A DNA stretch of 43,506 nucleotides, from contig WFSD01000158.1 of assembly GCA_015486235.1 (NCBI GenBank), positions 1 to 43,506 of the forward strand, read 5' to 3'. The position numbers and the translations under genes were made by a program. The notes under the pieces were generated by a model, which was not told the origin of the DNA, did no database searches, and worked only from the letters and a program-made list of their open reading frames with translations. The stretch comes from Anaerolineae bacterium (lineage in GTDB: Bacteria > Chloroflexota > Anaerolineae > S016-19). This document shows, one piece after another, positions 1-9,164 of the stretch. Numbering within the stretch: the first letter of the stretch is position 1; each line of letters opens with the position of its first letter.

Positions 1-377
1 GGTGGAGCCGAAAAGGTAATGATAACCGCATCCCCTTCCGGTTTTAGGTCTTTTACCGTACCCACCCCATCCACGTGTCCCTGTACAAAGTGCCCGCCAA
101 TTCGTCCACCCACCTTCAGGCTGCGCTCCAGGTTGACAGGGTCGCCTGGGTACACCTGTCCCAGGTTTGTCCGTCGCAGCGTTTCCGGCGCGAGCTCTAC
201 TGTGAAACTCCTCGAGCTCAGATCGGTTACGGTCAGGCACGTTCCATTTATCGCAATGCTATCCCCGCGGTGTGTTCCCTCAAGTGCCCGCCGAGCCTCC
301 ACCTCTACTCTCTCTGAGCCCCCGCGGCGTTCCACCCGCCGTATTCTTCCCATCTCTTCGACGATACCGCTAAACAT
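1..377 (-). CDS. ribE: riboflavin synthase, N-terminal part (gene runs off the window start)
   Basis: Reverse translation from the ATG at 377-375 gives MFSGIVEEMGRIRRVERRGGSERVEVEARRALEGTHRGDSIAINGT..., a classic riboflavin synthase N-terminus. It lies 49 nt downstream of ribD on the same strand. It is absent from the ORF track because it is open at the window edge. Confidence 0.85.
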   Translation of the reverse strand, partial: MFSGIVEEMGRIRRVERRGGSERVEVEARRALEGTHRGDSIAINGTCLTVTDLSSRSFTVELAPETLRRTNLGQVYPGDPVNLERSLKVGGRIGGHFVQGHVDGVGTVKDLKPEGDAVIITFSAP

Positions 378-425
378 AAAAGCACTTTCCTCCTTGCAAG
401 CTTGCTCTCTCCGGTAGATGTGCAC

Positions 426-1517
426 CTATGCCGGGTAGCCTGTGATGAGCAGATCTTCTCCCACTTTTGTTACCTCTATTTCTTTCAGCCTCCATGCATC
501 GGCCAGCCGTTCCACCCCTGAACCTCCTACTGCTGTTGGTGCCTCCTGGCCGCCGATGATCATAGGCGCAATAAAGGTTACTACCTTGTTCACCAGACCG
601 TGCGCGAAGAAGCTCCCCAAAACAGTGCTTCCCCCCTCCACCAGCACGCTTGTAACCTCCCGTGCGCCGAGTTCATGCAGTAGCGCAGGAAGGTTGACCT
701 GACCCCTATCTGCAGGCGGCACCAGTACCTCGATTCCCCTCTCGCTCAACGCCTGGCGTGTCTTTTGGGGCATTGCCTCTGTCGTGACTACCAGTGTCCG
801 GCCGGGCAGGTCAGGATCGAACACCCGCGCTGCGAGAGGTGCCCGCCCACGGCTGTCCAGGACGACCCGCAGCGGGTGGTGCACATCCTTTTTCTCCAGG
901 CGGGTTGTCAATTCTGGGTTGTCTTTTATTATCGTGTTGACTCCCACCAGGATGGCATCCACCTGGTCTCGGAGTTCGTGTGCGTATCGGCGAGCCTCCG
1001 GCCCGGTGATCCACCGGGATTCTCCTGTGCGCGTGGCAATTTTGCCATCCAGGCTTGCGGCGAATTTGGCGATGACAAACGGCCGACCGGTGGTTACCCA
1101 ATGCAGGAACACTTCGTTTAGCTTCTTTGCCTCGTTTTCATGTTCCCCGACCACCGTACGGATCCCTGCAGCCTCCAGTTCCTTCTTTCCACCGCCAGCG
1201 ACCAGCGGGTTTGGGTCCAGTATTGCCATATGTACTTCCGCCACGCCAGCAGCGATGATGGCCTTGGTGCAAGGAGGAGTGCGCCCGTAATGATTGCATG
1301 GTTCCAGTGTTACGTAGAGTGTGGCCCCTCTTGCGTTCTCTCCGGCCTGGCGCAGGGCAAAAATCTCTGCATGAGGCTCTCCGGCCCGGGGATGGAACCC
1401 TTCTCCGACGACGCGCCCGTTCTTCACCAGCACTGCGCCAACCATGGGGTTCGGGCTGGTGCGGCCTTTGCCCCGTTTGGCCAATTGCAGCGCCCGTAAC
1501 ATGAAGTCTTCGCTCAA
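426..1517 (-). CDS. ribD: bifunctional riboflavin biosynthesis protein RibD (pyrimidine deaminase / uracil reductase)
   Basis: Deaminase zinc motifs HAEIFAL and PCNHYGRTPPC are followed by a reductase half (KFAASLDGKIA, GGSTVLGSF). The maximal ORF reaches 1622. The likely start is TTG 1517 (GGGAGGAG upstream) or ATG 1502 (MLRALQLAKRG). Confidence 0.9.
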   Translation of the reverse strand: MSEDFMLRALQLAKRGKGRTSPNPMVGAVLVKNGRVVGEGFHPRAGEPHAEIFALRQAGENARGATLYVTLEPCNHYGRTPPCTKAIIAAGVAEVHMAILDPNPLVAGGGKKELEAAGIRTVVGEHENEAKKLNEVFLHWVTTGRPFVIAKFAASLDGKIATRTGESRWITGPEARRYAHELRDQVDAILVGVNTIIKDNPELTTRLEKKDVHHPLRVVLDSRGRAPLAARVFDPDLPGRTLVVTTEAMPQKTRQALSERGIEVLVPPADRGQVNLPALLHELGAREVTSVLVEGGSTVLGSFFAHGLVNKVVTFIAPMIIGGQEAPTAVGGSGVERLADAWRLKEIEVTKVGEDLLITGYPA

Positions 1518-1658
1518 AGTCTCCTCCCTCTTCGTGTTTCGTTCCTGATTGCTTATGATGACGGCCGGGATAGCCCAAGGAATTCCTTCCCGGGCTGGCC
1601 TGTCTGCAGCCCGTAGAATCATGGGTGTTCCGACCGCATCTCTTGCTCTCAGACACCC

Positions 1659-1978
1659 TTACCCAAGCAACCCCACGGCTTTTCTGATCGCCCGCTCATA
1701 GGCGATGAAATCCGGCGATTCCAGCAAGGAGAAGCTCCGGGGGCGGGGGAGGGTGATTTCCAGTTCCTGGCGCACCCTGGCGGGCCTTGGTGACAGTGTC
1801 AGTACCCTGTCCCCAGCTGCACCGCCTCTGTGATGCTGTGTGTGAGCATCACCACTGTATGCCCGTAGTGCCTCCACAGTCGTAGCAGTTCAAGGTCAAG
1901 TCGCTCCCTCGTCATCGCGTCCAGCGCCGCGAACGGCTCATCCAGCGGCAGCATCTTCGGTCGCTGGACTGCAAGGGT
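1659..1978 (-). pseudogene. 3' remnant of a NitT/TauT-type ABC transporter ATPase (5'-truncated and frameshifted)
   Basis: Two overlapping ORF pieces read ...LAVQRPKMLPLDEPFAALDAMTRERLDLELLRLWRHYGHTVVMLTHSITEAVQLG / DRVLTLSPRPARVRQELEITLPRPR.... This is Walker B onward only, with no Walker A or Q-loop. A frame change lies near 1800-1815. Confidence 0.7.
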
Positions 1979-2013
1979 GGTTTGTGTTTTTGACTTCTGT
2001 GAGCTCCGGATAT

Positions 2014-2044
2014 CAAAAATCCCCGAAACCGATTGCCTTCGGGG
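2014..2044 (-). terminator. intrinsic terminator in the FMN riboswitch expression platform
   Basis: The minus strand reads CCCCGAAGGCAATCGGTTTCGGGG followed by ATTTTT. A second hairpin plus U-tract (GGAGGCCCCT...AGGGGCCTCC, with CCCGGA..TCCGGGATTCTTTTT) lies at 2069-2112. Confidence 0.7.
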
Positions 2045-2154
2045 AATGTGCACAGCATAGCGCGTTCTCGGAGGCCCCTCCAAAAAGAATCCCGGACGCA
2101 GGGGCCTCCGGGGAACTAATCGAAACGCGCGCGAACACCTTGTGCTCGCTGTAA

Positions 2155-2302
2155 CCTTCTCCCATCCGGACTATACCGTCGGCTCTGGCCTTGCCATACT
2201 TGGCGCACCAGATCTGCCTCCGCAGAGGCTCGCGGGCTCGGCGCTCAGCGCCCTACCGCCGGTCGGGAATTGGTCTTAAGGCCTCACCCCGCCCCGAAGG
2301 TT
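2155..2302 (-). promoter_or_regulatory. FMN riboswitch (RFN element) aptamer
   Basis: The minus strand reads CCTTCGGGGCGGGGTGAGG..AATTCCCGACCGGCGGTAGGG...GAGCCCGCGAGCC...GCCGACGGTATAGTCCGGATGGGAGAAGG. This matches the conserved RFN core strings and the P1 closing helix. Confidence 0.88.
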
Positions 2303-2928
2303 CTCCATATTCAGTTGTCGATGCTCAAAAAGCAACTCCAATTATACTCCGGCAGCCGGAGGTGTCAAAATATGAAACTGTTTTGGATTTCGGAGCAAAT
2401 CGAAAGTCCCGAGCTGTCCCAGGAACGTTCTCGACGCACCTGGGGCGAATCGCGACAGCGAATGCAGACGCTCCCTACTCTCTTGCAGATAATTCGTCCA
2501 TCTGGGGGGCGGCTTTCATAGAGGGATCACCCCTTCTGCCGACATACGAGTTGGCGCAGTTTTTCCGCACGAAAGATACAACGTACTTGAAGTCCCTTGG
2601 CGTCATCGTCACGCTAGTCACTATGGTAGGGGGACTTCTGTACTCGTACTCCGTCTACCACTGGGCTATCGGGCATCAAGCGAGGAATTTTCTCCGGTTC
2701 CCCAAAAGCATGTGAACTTTCCTTCTTATTGTCAACTGCTGTCTATTGGGTCCTTTTCCTTCGTCTACTCCGACCTTTACCCCGATACCCCTTACAATCT
2801 TCCTTTGTGTATCATCGAGGTCGTCTTGATTGTGGGTATTATCCTGCTGTGGTGGACGGGAAGAAAGATGGCGCCAGGGGTCGATCTCATCTGCTTATGA
2901 AGTGGTAGTTTCCACAAGGAGGCGCGAT

Positions 2929-3093
2929 GTGAAGGGGGAATTCAGGATCGCAGTAGCAGCGTTGGTTGTGCCGGCAGTTTATGCGGGATCTCCTTTGGTT
3001 TACCTAGTACCTGCGCTCCTGGCTCACAACCTGGATTTGACGCTTCTCGCCAGGCATTATAAAATATCTTTAGTGGTAGCAACATCTCGGTAA
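2929..3093 (+). CDS. small hypothetical membrane protein (54 aa)
   Basis: A GTG start lies 5 nt after AAGGAGG (2917-2923). There is a hydrophobic stretch (AVAALVVPAVYAGSPLVYLVPALL). The stop lies 20 nt before a strong plus-strand terminator. No homology recognised. Confidence 0.3.
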   Translation: MKGEFRIAVAALVVPAVYAGSPLVYLVPALLAHNLDLTLLARHYKISLVVATSR

Positions 3094-3112
3094 GACATAG
3101 ATAGCATAGCAG

Positions 3113-3144
3113 CCCGCCGAAGTTAAGCTGCTTCGGCGGGTTTT
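3113..3144 (+). terminator. rho-independent terminator
   Basis: CCCGCCGAAG ttaagctg CTTCGGCGGG forms a 10-bp perfect stem, followed by TTTT. Confidence 0.65.
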
Positions 3145-3527
3145 CATGTCTGTGGGACATTTCTCACCGTGCGCCTGGACATATACGGCTGGCAAAGGGT
3201 CTCCAAAGCAAGTGGTCAGAAACGAGAGACCCATGTAGTATGGGCATAGTGCCTGACAGTCCCCAAGCCGGTCAGATCTGGCACATAGGGCCCTCGACCA
3301 GCAGTCAGCTTTTCGTACTGAAACGAGTCGTAGAAGCGCATGCAAGTGTGGAACAGACCGAAGGTTGTGAAAAACGAAGCGTAGTCGGTTATGTCCACCC
3401 TTCGCCAATGACAATTTAGGGGCATACGTAGGCCGTGTATAGCCCATCGGTGATTGTGAATGCTACTGTCGAGGTGCAAAAATCCTCCCAAGCGAGGGTT
3501 TTTTCCGAAAGATTGAGGAAATGAACC

Positions 3528-6500
3528 ATGCCCAATAAGCGTGTATCTGAACACTTACAGCGTTCCGTTATCATCTATTCCGCGCTGGCCATTCTTGTTA
3601 TCGGCGTTGTCGTCGCTTTTGTGAGCATCACCCCCCTTTTTAACCACCTTAAAGAGGACACAGAGCAAGACCTCTCCTTTGCTGTCAAGAACAAGACCCT
3701 GGCAATTGACGAATACTTCGCGCGAGCTAAGGACGTCGCCTTACAGATCACCAGCAGAACCAGGATTCGTGATTACCTGGAAGCCTACAACAAAGGTCAG
3801 ATCGGCCTGGACGAGTTGGTGAATTTCACCGCACCCAAACTTGTGGATGCCATGAGTCTTTCCGCGGAAGTAAAGGGTGTCTCCCGCCTCGACCAGGAAG
3901 GCAACCTTGTAGTTCAGGTGGGGACGCCGATTCCCAAGGAGTTCTGGCCTCTCCCAGGGAAAGCCTCCAAAGAGCCAATCGTTCATGATCCGATCGCCAT
4001 AGGAGACAGGACCTACCTGGTTGTGGGTGCTCCTATCCTCAACGATCAATCGGTGCGGGTCGGAACCGATATCGTCCTGTTCGATCTGGGACGGCTACAA
4101 AAGATCGTCCAGGATTACACAGGGCTTGGCAAAACCGGAGAAACGCTCTTAGGATCCGTGCACGATCAGCGGGTTGAGCTGTTCTTCCCACTGCGGGGAA
4201 GCAACAAGGTCCCTCCCGGAGGGATTCCGCTTGACTCGCCTCTCGGGTTGGCCTTCGAAAAAGCGCTTCATCAAGAAGTTGGTATCTTGAAACCATCCGA
4301 TTCTCCTGAGGTCATCGCCTATGGGCCGATTCATGGGAGCGATTGGGGTCTTCTTGTCAAGATGGACAAGGGAGAGCTTTATGCTCCTATCACCCAACAA
4401 GCCGTTGCTATCGGCGGCATCATCGTGATCTTGATATTGCTCGGCACCGTTGGCACAGCGCTGTTGCTTCGGCCTCTCACCGGGAAAATGGTTGGGCTGG
4501 AACGGGAGATCCAGGCTAAAGCGTTGGCTTTGAATGACGAACTGAACGAACGCAAGCGGGCGGAGAAGGCACTGCAAGAAACCGAAAAACGCTATCGCTC
4601 GGTTTTAGAGAATGCCCCGTTTAGCATGTGGATATGCGATGGTGAAGGGACAATCATCTTCGCCAACCAGGCGGCGCTTGACTTGTTCGGCGTGACCGAT
4701 CCGAGCCAGATCATTGGCCGGTACAACATCTACCGTGACACTACCGAGGCAGAAAAGCCGCTACTAACCTACTTCGAACGCGCCTGGGCTGGCGAATTGG
4801 TTCACTACCACCAGAACCTGGACATGGTAATGGTCAAGTACCCCACCACGCGCCGGGAAACCTTGCATGTCTACTCCACACTGTTCGCCATCCCGGCCGG
4901 CGTCGGCCAGCGGCCCAATATCGTTGTGGTGCAGGAAGATATCACCGAACGAGTACGGGCCGAGGACGAACTGCGCCAGTATACCAAGCGCCTGGAGATC
5001 CTGCGCAAGATGGATCAAGGCATCTTAGGGGCTCAGTCGTCGGAGGCTCTTGCTCAGGCTGCCGTTGAAGGCATCCGGCAGTTGGTACCTTGCGCCTGGG
5101 CAAGCGTCGTGGAATTTGACTTCGAGACTGGCGAGGCTACCGTGCTTGCCGCGTGTGCCAACGATGAGACCAAGGTAAATACGGGAGTACATGTTTCGTT
5201 GGATGCTTTCGGAATCACGGAAGCCCTCCGGCAAGGCCAGGTTCAGATCGTGAAAGACACTCAAACCCTCTCCCAACCGTCACCAGCAGTTCGACTCCTG
5301 AAGGCCGAAGGAATACGCTCCTACATCAACGTTCCGCTCATCGTCCAGGATGAGCTGCTCGGGGTTCTTACCCTGGGATCAGAAGAACCGGGTGCCCTTA
5401 TCAAAGAGCAGATCGAGATCGCGCGCGAGGTGGCCGACCAGCTGGCAATCGCAATCCAGCAGGCACGCTTGCATGAAGCGGTACAGCAACGTGTACGAGA
5501 GCTGGAGGCGATACACGAAGCCGGCCGACGCTTGCAAAAGCTATACAGTCCGGAGGCCCTGGCGCAGGAGATCATCGCCGTGCTAGAGCAGACACTCAAT
5601 TATGAGTACGGGGCTGTGTTGCTGGTGGAGGAGGAAACCGGCAGGTTAGTTCCCTTCGCCCTAAGTAACCAGGGGCAAGGCCCTGCCTTCGTGGAAGCCG
5701 ACAAGGCCTACGTGGCATCCCACGATATCCGGGTGGGGGTAGGGATTACCGGATGGGTGGCAAAGACCGGCCACAGTCTCCGTGTGGGGGACGTACGCCA
5801 GGACCCTCGCTACCACGGGATGCGCGAGGGGATACGCTCTGAACTCTGCGTGCCGTTGCGGGTTGGTGACCGGGTTATCGGGGTGGTGAACGTAGAAACG
5901 ACCCGAAGCAACGCTTACACCGAAGCCGACGAGCGTGTATTGGAGACGGTGGCTGCACAAATCGCTATTGCTGTCCAAAATGCGCGCTTATTCAAGCGGG
6001 TCCAGCGCAATGCGGCTGAATTGGAACAGGAGGTGGCCAAGCGCACAGCGGAGCTGGCAATCGCGATGGAGAAAGCACAAGCTGCCGACCACCTGAAATC
6101 GGCTTTCCTGGCAACCATGTCCCATGAACTGCGTACCCCGCTTAACTCGATCCTTGGGTTCACCGGCATCCTTCTGCAAGGCCTGGCCGGTCCTCTGAAC
6201 GCCGAACAGGCCAAACAACTGGGCATGGTGCGCAACAGCGCACGGCATCTGCTCGACTTGATCAACGACGTGCTGGACATTTCCAAGATTGAAGCAGGCC
6301 AGGTAAAGATTATCTCCAAGCCGTTCGACATGCGCGAGGCCATTGAGAAAGTGGTGCAGACGGTGGCCCCTCTGGCTAAGGAGAAGAACCTTGCGCTCAC
6401 CGTTGATATAGGGCCGGAGGTGGGCCAGATCACAAGCGACCGGCGGCGGGTGGAACAAATCCTCATCAACCTGCTCAACAACGCGATCAAATTCACCGAC

Positions 6501-6773
6501 AAGGGAACAGTGCACATTTGGTGCCAGGTGAAGGACAATTGGCTTGTGACCCGGGTGGTAGATACCGGTATCGGGATCAGGCCGGAGGACATGGACAAGC
6601 TGTTCAAGGCGTTCCGGCAGATCGATACCGGCTTAACCCGCCAGTACGAGGGGACAGGGCTGGGCTTGTCCATCTGCAAGAAGCTTGTGGAGATGCTGGG
6701 TGGTGAGATCTGGGCCGAGAGCGGAGGACTAGGGAAGGGAAGCACTTTTACCTTCACATTGCCAATGGGGTAA
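3528..6773 (+). CDS. multidomain sensor histidine kinase (TM - extracytoplasmic Cache-like - TM - coiled coil - PAS - GAF - GAF - HisKA - HATPase_c)
   Basis: H-box SHELRTPLNSILG, N-box LINLLNNAIKFT, G1 DTGIGI and G2 GTGLGLSICK are present. Two hydrophobic helices flank a segment of about 260 aa. PAS-like and GAF-like regions lie upstream. Confidence 0.9.
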   Translation: MPNKRVSEHLQRSVIIYSALAILVIGVVVAFVSITPLFNHLKEDTEQDLSFAVKNKTLAIDEYFARAKDVALQITSRTRIRDYLEAYNKGQIGLDELVNFTAPKLVDAMSLSAEVKGVSRLDQEGNLVVQVGTPIPKEFWPLPGKASKEPIVHDPIAIGDRTYLVVGAPILNDQSVRVGTDIVLFDLGRLQKIVQDYTGLGKTGETLLGSVHDQRVELFFPLRGSNKVPPGGIPLDSPLGLAFEKALHQEVGILKPSDSPEVIAYGPIHGSDWGLLVKMDKGELYAPITQQAVAIGGIIVILILLGTVGTALLLRPLTGKMVGLEREIQAKALALNDELNERKRAEKALQETEKRYRSVLENAPFSMWICDGEGTIIFANQAALDLFGVTDPSQIIGRYNIYRDTTEAEKPLLTYFERAWAGELVHYHQNLDMVMVKYPTTRRETLHVYSTLFAIPAGVGQRPNIVVVQEDITERVRAEDELRQYTKRLEILRKMDQGILGAQSSEALAQAAVEGIRQLVPCAWASVVEFDFETGEATVLAACANDETKVNTGVHVSLDAFGITEALRQGQVQIVKDTQTLSQPSPAVRLLKAEGIRSYINVPLIVQDELLGVLTLGSEEPGALIKEQIEIAREVADQLAIAIQQARLHEAVQQRVRELEAIHEAGRRLQKLYSPEALAQEIIAVLEQTLNYEYGAVLLVEEETGRLVPFALSNQGQGPAFVEADKAYVASHDIRVGVGITGWVAKTGHSLRVGDVRQDPRYHGMREGIRSELCVPLRVGDRVIGVVNVETTRSNAYTEADERVLETVAAQIAIAVQNARLFKRVQRNAAELEQEVAKRTAELAIAMEKAQAADHLKSAFLATMSHELRTPLNSILGFTGILLQGLAGPLNAEQAKQLGMVRNSARHLLDLINDVLDISKIEAGQVKIISKPFDMREAIEKVVQTVAPLAKEKNLALTVDIGPEVGQITSDRRRVEQILINLLNNAIKFTDKGTVHIWCQVKDNWLVTRVVDTGIGIRPEDMDKLFKAFRQIDTGLTRQYEGTGLGLSICKKLVEMLGGEIWAESGGLGKGSTFTFTLPMG

Positions 6774-6793
6774 AAAGTCATCGAGGGGAAAAG

Positions 6794-7156
6794 ATGAAAG
6801 CTAAGATCCTTGCTATTGAGGACAACGAACAGAACCTTTACCTGGTGACCTTTATCCTGGAGAAGAACGGATACGAGGTCATCGAGGCAAGAGACGGGAC
6901 AACGGGCGTGAAGCTGGCAATCCAGGAGAAACCCGATTTGATCATCATGGACATTCAGCTTCCAGACATTGACGGCTTAGAAGCGACAAGGAGGATAAGA
7001 ACGTCGGAGGTGAATGGCGAAATCCCCATTGTTGCCTTGACTTCCTACGCCATGACCGGTGACAGGGAGAAGGCCCTGGCGGCAGGCTGCACCGGCTACA
7101 TCGAGAAGCCGATCAACGCCGACACATTCATTGCCGAAATTGAGCGATACCTGTGA
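6794..7156 (+). CDS. single-domain response regulator (CheY-like receiver)
   Basis: 120 aa with ILAIEDNEQN, the phospho-acceptor context LIIMDIQLPDIDG, and TSY/KP near the C-terminus. It starts 21 nt after the kinase stop. Confidence 0.92.
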   Translation: MKAKILAIEDNEQNLYLVTFILEKNGYEVIEARDGTTGVKLAIQEKPDLIIMDIQLPDIDGLEATRRIRTSEVNGEIPIVALTSYAMTGDREKALAAGCTGYIEKPINADTFIAEIERYL

Positions 7157-7256
7157 GGACTTTGTGATTCAGTTTTTTTGGTTAGAATTAAAAGTGGGAA
7201 AAGTAAGAGTAAAGGAGACATGATCTTTGAGTCGAAATCCGTATTGGAGGTGAGCC

Positions 7257-8897
7257 ATGACCAAACTTCTGATCGTTGATGACAATGAACAGAACCTCTA
7301 CATGTTACAAGTCCTCCTGGAAGGGTCTGGCTACGAAGTCGCCCTGGCGCGGGACGGGGCTGAGGCGTTAGAAAAGGCTCGGCGCGCTCCCCCGGACATA
7401 ATCATCACTGACATCCTGATGCCGGTGATGGATGGGTTCACCCTGTGCCGAAAGTGGAAGAAGGACCCAGCTCTAAAGAGCATCCCGTTTGTGTTTTACA
7501 CTGCCACATACGCCGATCCCAAAGACGAAGAATTAGCTCTGAGTCTGGGGGCGGAGCGATTCATTCGAAAACCGGTGGAACCAGCCGCGTTTGTTGAGAT
7601 GCTGTGGGAGGTCATCCGCGAGGCCGAGGAGGGCCGCCTGGTTGCGCCACATGAGCCGGTGGAGGAAGAGAAGATCTTTCTCAAGGAGTACAACGAGGCT
7701 CTGATCCGCAAACTGGAAGACAAGATGCTGGAACTCGAACAGGCGAACAGGCGCTTGACCGTCCTATACCGGGTAAGCACCAGCCTGGCTGCGGTCCGGC
7801 CATTGGGTGAACTCGCTCCCCACGCCTTGCGCACGGTTGTCGAGGCGATGGGTTATGCTTACGCAAACTATTTTGCGTTCGACGAGAAGGAGCAAACGTT
7901 TCACCTATCGGAGTCTGTGGGCTTTTCTGACGAGATCCTGCCCCGGCTTCAGCGGGAGCTTGTGTTTCGCCTTGGCGAAGAACGCGGGCTGGTGGGGCTG
8001 GTTGGCCAGACGCAGGAGCCGCTGATTCTCACTGATGCAAAGCGCGACCCAAGGTGGATCCCGGCCGATGAAACCATCCGCTCGGCACTCTTTGTCCCCG
8101 TGGCGCATAAAGGACACCTTTTGGGAGTTGCAAGCTTTCTCAGCACTGAAACCGGCGCCTTTGACGATGAGGATGCAAAAGATGTGACGATCCTCGCCAA
8201 TAACCTGGCCATCGCCCTCAAGAATGCGCAGCTCTTCGAACAAGCGCAGCAGGAAATCGCCGAACGTAAGCAGGCAGAAGAAAACCTTGAGCGAAGCTTA
8301 AAGAATCTGCAAAAGGCATTAGAGGGAACGATCTATGCTCTGGCAGCCACCACCGAGATACGCGATCCCTATACTGCCGGGCATCAGCGCCGGGTGGCAG
8401 AGCTTGCAAGTGCCATTGCTAAGGAGATGGGCCTTCCTGAGGAGAAAGTGGAGGGGATTCACATGGCCGGATTGATCCATGATATCGGTAAGATATCCGT
8501 GCCGGCTGAGATCCTCAGCAAGCCCTCTAAACTGAGTGAGATAGAGATGAATCTGATCAAAGCTCATCCCAGGATAGCTTATGACATTTTAAAGGAGATC
8601 GACTTCCCTTGGCCCGTCGCGGATATCGTGCTCCAGCATCACGAACGGCTGGACGGCTCGGGGTACCCGCAAGGGCTAAAAGGTGATGAGATCATCCTTG
8701 AAGCACGGATCCTTGCCGTCGCCGATGTGGTAGAAGCAATGGCCTCTCACCGTCCCTACCGACCGGCACTTGGAGTCGAAGCGGCGCTTGCGGAGATTGA
8801 GAAGAACAGGGGCAGGCTTTACGATCCTACTGTTGTCGATGCCTGCCTTGAACTCTTCACAAAAAAGGGGCTCACGTTCGACCATAAAGAAGGCTGA
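7257..8897 (+). CDS. response regulator with REC - GAF - HD-GYP domains (putative c-di-GMP phosphodiesterase)
   Basis: Receiver motifs LLIVDDNEQN and IITDILMPVMDG are followed by a central GAF-like region. The HD-GYP signature is HQRRVA, HDIGK and HHERLDGSGYP. Confidence 0.9.
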   Translation: MTKLLIVDDNEQNLYMLQVLLEGSGYEVALARDGAEALEKARRAPPDIIITDILMPVMDGFTLCRKWKKDPALKSIPFVFYTATYADPKDEELALSLGAERFIRKPVEPAAFVEMLWEVIREAEEGRLVAPHEPVEEEKIFLKEYNEALIRKLEDKMLELEQANRRLTVLYRVSTSLAAVRPLGELAPHALRTVVEAMGYAYANYFAFDEKEQTFHLSESVGFSDEILPRLQRELVFRLGEERGLVGLVGQTQEPLILTDAKRDPRWIPADETIRSALFVPVAHKGHLLGVASFLSTETGAFDDEDAKDVTILANNLAIALKNAQLFEQAQQEIAERKQAEENLERSLKNLQKALEGTIYALAATTEIRDPYTAGHQRRVAELASAIAKEMGLPEEKVEGIHMAGLIHDIGKISVPAEILSKPSKLSEIEMNLIKAHPRIAYDILKEIDFPWPVADIVLQHHERLDGSGYPQGLKGDEIILEARILAVADVVEAMASHRPYRPALGVEAALAEIEKNRGRLYDPTVVDACLELFTKKGLTFDHKEG

Positions 8898-9164
8898 AAG
8901 CTTGGGCCGTGAAGCTGCTGAGCCTGTCATCACCACAGCTTGCATCCTGCTCATCTTCCCTGCGGAAGATTTTTACTGACCCGTTTCCTGAAAGGCTGGC
9001 CATTATCCGGAGCTTGGTGGGATTCTCTGTTCCTTTGTCAGAGAACTGCTTCTTGAGGGAGTTGAAAGCCTCTGAAGGAGGATTGTTTAGGCCGGCGGAT
9101 TTTGTTCCATACGCTGCGAAATCGCCATTTGCTTTAATGTAACCGACTGGACCGACCGCTTGTC

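Noticed and set aside
2191-2715. 174-aa plus-strand ORF as a full-length gene
   Set aside because: Its first 110 or so nt are the reverse complement of the FMN riboswitch aptamer, and there is no in-frame ATG downstream before the hydrophobic tail. Only the C-terminal part might be real (see the finding on 2310-3527).
3145-3527. c-di-GMP (GEMM) riboswitch or group II intron fragment upstream of the kinase operon
   Set aside because: The strings GGCAAAG and CAAAGC and a GTGCG occur, but I could not assemble the conserved GEMM helices or tetraloop-receptor, or any intron domain V. It needs a covariance-model scan.
5915-6781. 288-aa minus-strand ORF (and several shorter ones) inside the histidine kinase gene
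   Set aside because: It is antisense to a kinase with complete H/N/G1/G2 boxes. The sequence is S/R/C-rich with no motifs, so it is a shadow ORF.
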